Positions 8,532 to 15,372 of a stretch of DNA of 15,372 nt are shown one piece after another. The notes below the pieces were generated by a model, which saw nothing but the letters and a program-made list of their open reading frames with translations, ran no database searches and was not told the origin of the DNA. The DNA is from Octopus sinensis (taxonomy: Eukaryota). The first letter of the stretch is position 1, and every line of letters begins with the position of its first letter. The stretch is taken from positions 1 through 15,372 of the forward strand of contig NW_021825553.1 in assembly GCF_006345805.1 (NCBI RefSeq), in the 5' to 3' direction. The position numbers were made by a program, and so were the translations under genes.

Positions 8532-9777
8532 TCAGAGTGAGTAAAAAGTAAGCAACGTTTGAAACACGAAATTCATTATAACATATTTCAACAATGCGGA
8601 AATTCTATTTAGCAAACTAAGTATCATTACAATCAACACATTTTCTGCCAACGAGTCACAAGTTTGTTTATTCCGGTAACATAAAAATCCGGAGTCCTAA
8701 AGCTGATAAACTCTTTGAACGCACTTTCAGCATCGGTTTGATTTTTGAACTTCTTCTCTCGCAGGAAACCATCAAGATACTTGAAAATGTGATAGTTGGT
8801 AGAAAGGTCTGTGGAATAAGCTGGTTGGAGAAGAACTTTGTAGCCAAGTTCCCTCATCTTCTGAAGCATCATTAGTGAAACGTGTGGTTGAGTATTGTCA
8901 TGAAGAATGATTGGCCCCCTTCTATTGACCAGTCTGGATCGGCGGAGTAGCGGTTTTTCGTTCATTTTGGTAATTTCATGGCAATATGTTTCTACAGTAA
9001 TGGTTTTTCCGGGTTTGAAGAAGTTATATTGGATGAGTCCAGCAGTACACCACCAAACAGTCACCTTGACCTTTTTGGAGAGATCGGGATTATGGAAGGT
9101 TTCCGGTGCTTCATTTTGGTCCAACCAGTGCGAAGAACATTTAAAAAATTATTGCACAGAATCCACTTTTCATCGCAAGTTACAATACGGTCAAGAAATG
9201 GATCGGTCACGTTAGGTAGGAGAGGCGACGAGCAAATTTCATATCTGAGCATTTTCTGATTTTCATTCAAATTGCGTGGCAGCCATTTGTCGAGCTTTTT
9301 TGATTTTCCGATCGCATGCAAATGGTTGCAGGCGGTTTTCTGGCTAACTTGAAGTTCTTTTGCCAGTTCTCGAGTGGTTTTACGTGGATCTTTCCCAATG
9401 ACGATTTTTAATTGACCGTCATCGATGACAGATGGGCGCCCATTACGTTCACAATCTTCAAGGCTCAGGTCTCCACTGCGAAATCGCTTAAACCATTTTC
9501 GAGCTGACCATTTTCACTGGTCATTTCCTCTCCAAATGTTTCCTTTATATCACGAGCAGTTTCAGGTGTTTTACGTCCTTTTTTGAAGTTGAATAGCAAA
9601 ATGGTTCGAATATCGCGCTTTGACAGTTCGATTTCAGATGAATGTAACAACGGTGAAAACAAATCCTGTGTATTATCAGACAATTGCAAAAAAAATGTTT
9701 AAAAGAATTCAAAACTCTGCAAAAAATTCGGTACAAATTCCTAATGGTCCCAAACGTTGCTTACTTTTTTACTCAAC

Positions 9778-9781
<4 letters not shown>
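8532..9781 (-). mobile_element. Full-length (1250 bp) defective mariner DD34D transposon, Hsmar1/cecropia-like
   Basis: Left TIR TCAGAGTGAGTAAAAAGTAAGCAACGTTTG versus right (reverse complement) TCAGGTTGAGTAAAAAAGTAAGCAACGTTTG: 2 mismatches and 1 indel. TA on both sides (8530-31, 9782-83), inserted in (TA)n. Confidence 0.95.
8609..9632 (-). pseudogene. Mariner transposase pseudogene
   Basis: Fragments ELSKRDIRTILLFNFKKG, KKLDKWLPRNL, FLDRIVTCDEKWIL, KKVKVTVWW, ILHDNTQPH, QPAYSTDLSTNYHIF and GINKLVTRWQK. Start codon appears mutated to ATC at 9632; several frameshifts; third catalytic D lost. Confidence 0.92.
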
Positions 9782-9825
<44 letters not shown>

Positions 9826-9830
9826 TATAT

Positions 9831-9991
9831 AAAAATACAAATGGACAAGAACGCAAAACATTCAAATAGACTATACAAAAAACACGAACGGGTCATTCGA
9901 AGCCTCTAATCTTCAGTCAAGAACTGGATCATCCTCGCAATTTCGGCTGATTGATCTTGAGATTGCTCCAATCTGGTCAGCCCCAAGGAAA

Positions 9992-9994
<3 letters not shown>
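9831..9994 (-). mobile_element. Probable Penelope-like terminal-repeat fragment with degenerate hammerhead-like core
   Basis: Sits between (TA)n tracts. The minus strand has CTGAAGA (9910-16) followed 11 nt later by GAAT. Nested hairpin GGCTGA/TCAGCC and AGATTG/CAATCT. Confidence 0.4.
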
Positions 9995-10040
<46 letters not shown>

Positions 10041-10156
10041 AACTGCAACTACAATCTTATTATATATATCTTATTTCTACTTTCATTCTCTCATTTCCCT
10101 CTATATTCCTTATCTCTTTTCTACAATAATTCGAACTCAAAATATTTTCTCACACC

Positions 10157-10203
10157 GTCTCCGATCAAGAGATGTTCATAATATCCAGAAACAGCTGTAA
10201 GAC
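10157..10203 (+). ncRNA. Degenerate type I hammerhead motif (U4C, G8C; probably inactive)
   Basis: GTCT-CCGATCA-AGAGATGTTCATAATATCCA-GAAA-CAGCTG-T-A-AGAC. Stem I GTCT/AGAC, stem II GAT/ATC, palindromic stem III ACAGCTGT, GUA site. Confidence 0.7.
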
Positions 10204-10280
10204 TATTTCGTTATAAACGTCCTGAAAACTTCTCACAACCTTGAACTGTTATCTCATTCTGAATATATATTATATATATA

Positions 10281-10323
<43 letters not shown>

Positions 10324-10411
10324 AAGTAGTACAAACGTGAGTGACATTCTGTCAGGCAATAAGAATGACTCGGAATGTATTTTTCAATTTGCGTTGTCTT
10401 GTAATGTTGCT

Positions 10412-10555
10412 ACCATCATCATCACCATCACCATCACCATCACCATCATCACCATCACCATCACCATCATCATCACCATCACCATCATCACCATCACCAT
10501 CATCACCGTCATCACCATCACCATCATCACCGTCATCACCATCACCATCATCATC
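10412..10555. repeat. (CAT/CAC)n and (CACCAT)n triplet tract
   Basis: Direct reading; source of the SPSP, ITIT and DGDD ORFs. Confidence 0.95.
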
Positions 10556-10594
10556 GCAACACAATTGCATAATTGCCGTTGAGTCAACGTGGTT

Positions 10595-10768
10595 ACTCTG
10601 TCTACAAGAAATAACAGCCAAATTCCCCCTCAGACCAAACTTTACCCTTCAGTTAAAGGACATATTGTGCTATGTAATAATCCCGGACGTGCAACCTGGG
10701 ATGGTCAAGGCAGGAACGCTTTGATCAGAGCTCTGTTTGATAAGAACTGACCTTAGACTATAAAGAAC
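10595..10768 (+). mobile_element. Old SINE/LINE 3' fragment (same family as 13510-13664)
   Basis: GGTCAAGGCAGGAACGCTTTGATCA...TTGATAAGAACTGACCT loosely aligns with TGTCATGGTTGGAAAGCTATGGACCA...TGGATCAGGGTTAATCT at about 13580-13631. Confidence 0.45.
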
Positions 10769-10773
10769 CTTGT

Positions 10774-11161
10774 CATCACAACCACCGCCACCGCCGCCAC
10801 CACCTTCATCACCTCCACAATCATCATCATCATCGTAATCCTCCCCTCCTCCTCTCATCATCATCATCATCACTGCCGCCGCCAACACCACCACCACTAC
10901 CGCAACAATCATCATCATCATCTTCATCATCATCATCACTGTCGCCGCCGCCGCCACCACCACCACAATCATCATCATCATCACTGCTGCCGCCACCACC
11001 ACCACTACCACAACAATCATCATCATCATCATCATCATCATCACGGCCCGCTGCCGCCGCCGCCGCTGCTGCCTGAACCATTAGTGTCGTGCTAGTACAA
11101 TAGTATCAGCAGTAGAAATAGGAATAACAGCAGCAGCACCACCACCATCACCACCACCACC

Positions 11162-11195
<34 letters not shown>

Positions 11196-11425
11196 ACAAC
11201 ATCCATGCTGATATGTGGGGGGTGGCGGGCGGCTGGAGAGGTTCAGTGTCGAGGTGGGGAGGGGGGGTCGCGGAGGGGGAAATTGGTATCATTTGTAACT
11301 TTACTATTAGCGAGAAACTACTACTTATACAAACATCACTGCCACACCCACCACCACAAAACAACAGCAGCACAGCAGTAGTAGTAGTAGTAGTAGTAAT
11401 AATAGTAGTTGGTGGCGGTGGCGGT
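10774..11425. repeat. Compound trinucleotide region (CAT, CAC, GCC, GCT, CAG, TAG), with higher-order units at about 10855-11075
   Basis: Direct reading. The anchor CACTG/CACGG recurs at 10871, 10937, 10982 and 11042. Confidence 0.9.
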
Positions 11426-11565
11426 ATTTCTGGTGTGGTTACTTCTTACTAACTGCTTAAAAGTTGAGAAACTTCTGGCAAGTACAGACGCAGTTTTTCA
11501 GCGGTTGAAGGTAAGTGAGAATGCAAACATAAATATATTATACTACACCATATTATTAATGTAGC

Positions 11566-11627
11566 ATAATATAATATAATATAATATAATATAATATAAT
11601 ATGATACATGCAAACTTATTGAATCTA

Positions 11628-11702
<75 letters not shown>

Positions 11703-11703
11703 A
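11566..11703. repeat. (ATAAT)n followed by (CTAT)n microsatellites
   Basis: Direct reading. Confidence 0.9.
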
Positions 11704-11851
11704 TTATTACTGATATCTATCTATCTATATATATTCATATACACCCAACACACACACACATTATATATATAATATGTAGGTCCCGGTTGAGTCGGGGTTA
11801 ACCACAGTAAATAAGGTACTCAATACATAGCAGAGTAATTAATTTATTTTA

Positions 11852-11947
11852 TAGAAGGAGCTTCTACAGGACTAGAACTGTTTCATTCAAATGAAATCAT
11901 GATTTCATTTGAATGAAACAGTTCTAGTCCTGTAGAAGCTCCTTCTA
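11852..11947. repeat. Perfect 96-bp spacer-less palindrome (48-bp arms; extends to 11844-11955 with one mismatch)
   Basis: Centre TCA|TGA between 11899 and 11900. Arms checked base by base. Confidence 0.97.
11899..11940 (+). ncRNA. 3' part of a type I hammerhead (5' stem I strand and CTG of the core replaced by the inverted arm)
   Basis: ATGA-T-TTC ATTT GAA-T-GAAA-CAG TTCTAGTC CTG-TA-GAAGCT. Present identically on both strands because of the palindrome. Confidence 0.6.
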
Positions 11948-11987
11948 CAAAATAATTATATATATATATATAAATATATATATATAT

Positions 11988-12196
11988 AAAGTTAATCCAA
12001 ACAAGAAAGCACAAAAAAACACAACAACGCGAGGACGTGGAACAAATATAGTATTATTGGACGCTCAGGAAAGAAGGGAAAGAAGGAGGGTTTAACGTTT
12101 CGAACGGAGCTCTTCTTCGGAAACATAGGAGAAGGAAAGATCCAGAGAAGGGAAGACAGGGGGAAAAAAATCGCCAACGGTACACACGAGGTCACA
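11988..12196 (-). mobile_element. Probable Penelope-like terminal-repeat fragment carrying a hammerhead motif
   Basis: Block flanked by (TA)n and (CATA)n; contains the 12090-12124 hammerhead. Confidence 0.55.
12090..12124 (-). ncRNA. Minimal type I hammerhead ribozyme motif (U4C core variant)
   Basis: Minus strand: GTTT-CCGAAGA-A-GAGC TCC GTTC-GAAA-CG-TT-AAAC. Stem I 4 bp, stem II 4 bp (one G.U), palindromic stem III ACGT, GUU site. Confidence 0.78.
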
Positions 12197-12455
12197 TACA
12201 TACATACATACATACATACATACATGTAAACGTATACATATAATCTTAGGTCAGCTTTTGGGGCAACGACTGTTGAAAAAGGTTGCAAGGCGCAACGAAA
12301 ATTTTAGGAAAAAAAAAAGTTAATGAGTGGAAATCGAACCGGTGAGTGTGTTAAATAATAAGGCACTAAAAGAGAATGACTCTTCCCCAGACACAATAAA
12401 ATATGCTTCAACGCTCGAATTCACATAAAGAATCTTGCAAACAAATACAAAAACG

Positions 12456-12481
12456 ATATATATATAATATACGTATGTATA

Positions 12482-12530
<49 letters not shown>

Positions 12531-13312
12531 GTATATGTATATGTATATACTATGTATATATATGTATATGTATATATATGTGTATATATATGTATATATG
12601 TATATGTATATATAGTGTGTATATATATTGTATATATATGTATATGTATATATATGTGTATATATATGTATATATATAGTATATATGTATATGTATATAT
12701 ATGTGTATAGATATGTATATATATGTATATATGTATATGTATATATATATGTATATATATGTATATATGTATATGTATATATATGTGTATATATATGTAT
12801 TATATATATGTATATATATGTATATATATACATATATGTATATATATATATACATATATGTATAATATGTATATATATGTATATATATGTATATATGTAT
12901 ATATATATATACATATATGTATAATATGTATATACATGTATATATGTATAATATATGTATATATACATATATGTATATATTATATACATATATGTATAAT
13001 ATGTATATATATGTATATATATGTATATATGTATATATATATATAATATATGTATAATATGTATAATACATGTATATATGTATATATATATAGTATATAT
13101 ACATATATGTATATATGTATATACATGTATATATGTATATATATATATACATAAATGTATATATATGTAATATATCCATAATGTATAATATGTATATATA
13201 TGTATATATATATATATGTATATATATACATATATGTATATATACATATATGTGTATATAATATATATATATATGTATATATATATATTATATATATATG
13301 TATATATATATA
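12456..13312. repeat. About 860-bp degenerate (TA)n/(TATG)n/(TATATG)n satellite
   Basis: Almost uninterrupted purine-pyrimidine alternation; source of all I/Y/C/M/V/H/T ORFs at 12403-13339. Confidence 0.97.
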
Positions 13313-13509
13313 TTGACATACATAAATATATTTATACATACATACTCACGCACACACACACACACACAGATCATAAGCTTATATGTAATAACACTGGAAA
13401 AGATAATGAAAGCGTGCTTTCTGCAAGTAGAACACGGTTAAAAAAGTCACAACAAAATACATCAAACGATCAAATAAACCGACGCTCACACACACACACA
13501 CACACGTCA

Positions 13510-13664
13510 ACCTACGCCCTTAAAAAGGATAAAATATTGGATAACGGGATCCTAGTTTTACACTGTCTAAAAACGCCAGAGTGTCATGGTTGGAAAGCTA
13601 TGGACCATGCCTATTGGATCAGGGTTAATCTGAAAGTAACCCTAACAACAACAACAACAACAAC
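13510..13664 (+). mobile_element. Old SINE/LINE 3' end with terminal hairpin and (AAC)7 tail
   Basis: Hairpin AGGGTTA(13621-27)/TAACCCT(13637-43), directly followed by (AAC)7. Confidence 0.5.
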
Positions 13665-13940
13665 TGCACTTCACCATTTCCACTAAATTCCACTGTACAA
13701 CAGTACCCCAGCAGTATTCCACCACATCTCCGGTATACCAGATATCAAATAGGGGAGAAATAGGAGACCTAGCTGCCACGGGACTACCAGTCTGAAGGCC
13801 AACCCACTTCGTATTTTATTTAAATACTCTGAAGTATATTGCTGTAGTAATTAAACCTATCATATTTTAAGTGGTTTTATTAAATGGCACACGATTAAAA
13901 CTATGCAGTTGATACAATGATATTACGCACCACGTGAAAA

Positions 13941-14117
13941 GCAAGCACGTGGCCTCGTGGTTACGCTACGCTGTTGCGTTCATGATCGAAATATCGCGGT
14001 TTCGATTCGCGGGCCGTCGTGTTCTTGAGTAAAACACTCCACTTTACGTTGCTCCGCTTCACTCGACGGTACAATGAGTAAACCGGCGATTGAGTGGAGC
14101 CCCGTTCAGGGAGAACG
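13941..14117 (+). mobile_element. Degraded SINE family B copy
   Basis: CGTGGCCTCGTGGTTA (A box), GGTTTCGATTC (B box), GTGTTCTTGAGTAAAACACT, ACGTTGCTCC and AATGAGTAA..GGCGAT align with copy 2. Confidence 0.75.
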
Positions 14118-14196
14118 TTGGGATTTCAGTTAGAAGCGTTGTCACATCACCGAACATTGAGTTTTTGGATTGGTAGTTATTATATATTCTCGTCAA

Positions 14197-14531
14197 GGCG
14201 GCGAGCTGGCAGAATCGTTAGCACGCCGGGCGAAATGCTTAGCTGTATTTCGTCTGCTGCTACGTTCTGAGTTCAAATTCCGCCGAGGTCGACTTTGCCT
14301 TTCATCCTTTCGGGGTCGATAAATTAAGTACCAGTTACGCACTGGGGTCGATCTAATCGACTTAATTCCTTTGCTTATACTTGTTTGTCCCCTCTGTGTT
14401 TAGCCCCTTGTGGATAGTAAAGAAACAGGTATTTCGTATGTGTTTACGTTCTGAGTTCAAATTCCGCCGAGGTTGATTTTGCCTTTCATCCTTTCGGGGT
14501 CGATAAATTAAGTACCAGTTACGCACTGGGG
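14197..14531 (+). mobile_element. SINE family A dimer (head + body/tail 1 + body/tail 2) with 18-bp target-site duplication
   Basis: TSD ATTATATATTCTCGTCAA at 14179-14196 and 14532-14549. tRNA-like head GGCGG...CCGCC at 14197-14284. The second body restarts at GTATTTCG near 14429. Confidence 0.92.
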
Positions 14532-14981
14532 TCGATCTAATCGACTGGCCCCTCCCTCAAAGTTTCGGACGTTGTGCCTAGAGTAGAAAAGATTATATAT
14601 TCTCGTCAATATTATACAACACCTTTAACGCTTTAATCTCTGCAAGCCGGGTGAACGACCCTACGCGTTCTTAACTACACACGTGAAAATAATTCCTTGT
14701 TTTATTTATGATCTTAATTTTAAAAGAAATAGAGAAAACCTCATTTTTTCCTGGATTTGTAGTTTTTATACCATGACATTAAAACAACTGTTTGTTCCCC
14801 CTAGAACTGGGAAGGGCAGCAGGTCAGTGCTGCCTTATAGTATGGACACATCAGGCATTTACTCGAGGGTCCCACAGGTCTAAGGATCCAGTAGTCAAAT
14901 ATATCCTATAGTCTCCAATGCATTGCTTTGCTCGGAGATGTAGAGTGCTGTGAAGAAGTTTCCACAGTAGAACGGTTATTT

Positions 14982-15340
14982 ATTTCTGACATAGGCACAA
15001 GACCTAAAATTTAGAATACAGAAATAGTGAACGCCAGATTTAGGTATAGGCTAAACAAACTACTGCTTAGGGCTTCATGATTCGAAAGGGCCAAAAAACA
15101 AAAGAAAATATATATTTTTAAATTCTGTGAGACCTTCTGGTGTAACTTTTTAACGCGATGTCTCCAAGTTTTATATCAGTTAGGGCCTTACCAAGTCTAA
15201 ATTCCACCCAGGTCGATTATATTGATTTCAGTACTTGACTGCTGCTTTATTTTATCAATTCCCAGAAGAAGGGAAGGGAACAGGATTCGAACAACATACA
15301 GGGTCCTAACTCAATAAAGCAAGGCCATTAAGTGCATCCG
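14982..15340 (-). mobile_element. Old, interrupted SINE family A copy
   Basis: 14982-15012 is the reverse complement of tail 2 (AAATTT..GGTCTTGTGCCTATGTCAGAAA). 15212 to about 15300 is a diverged reverse complement of the body (GTCGATTA.AT.GA...CAGTACTTGACTG...TTTATTTTATC). About 200 bp lie between them. Confidence 0.5.
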
Positions 15341-15372
15341 GGTGGGATTTAATGATAATAATAACTGCACAA

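Noticed and set aside
9895-9916. Complete hammerhead at CTGAAGA...GAAT (minus strand)
   Set aside because: A15.1 is missing and there is no stem I/III pairing; treated as degenerate at best.
11256-11279. G-quadruplex motif GGGG-A-GGGGGGG-TCGCGGA-GGGGG
   Set aside because: An isolated motif in low-complexity sequence with no functional context.
10241-11452. Poly-SP, poly-D/G, poly-M and poly-L ORFs as a low-complexity protein
   Set aside because: All frames are triplet-repeat translations, with no unique coding segment or consistent splice context.
12403-13339. Long ORFs up to 303 aa (I/Y/H/T/C/M/V-rich)
   Set aside because: Pure TA/TG satellite lacking stop codons by composition. The same applies to ORFs at 3704-4089, 5848-6297 and 7070-7475.
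14197-14284. Genuine tRNA gene
   Set aside because: It has acceptor-like ends and A/B boxes but no convincing anticodon arm, runs straight into a SINE body, and recurs at about 670-760.

Overview
Repeat-dense eukaryotic non-coding DNA, most likely intronic or intergenic. The SINE/LINE/microsatellite mix resembles an Octopus-type cephalopod genome; this is recall, not a database result. No intact protein-coding gene is supported, and nearly all listed ORFs are microsatellite translation artefacts. The window holds a full-length but dead 1.25-kb mariner (8532-9781), an internally deleted DD37D/maT element (about 4091-5098) and a Lep1-like Helitron derivative. It also holds two tRNA-headed SINE families (one as a tandem tetramer and a TSD-flanked dimer), a LINE/SINE 3' end with nested 282/339-bp and 62-bp tandem duplications, and an RTE-like short element. 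The main unexpected signal is five type I hammerhead-ribozyme motifs of the minimal, Penelope-like kind between 5499 and 12124. One has a fully intact catalytic core around an unusually long 77-nt stem II (8140-8243). Three are compact with one or two core substitutions. One is a half-hammerhead mirrored into a perfect, spacer-less 96-bp palindrome (11852-11947). Four of the five have a self-complementary stem III, the architecture that allows dimeric self-cleavage.
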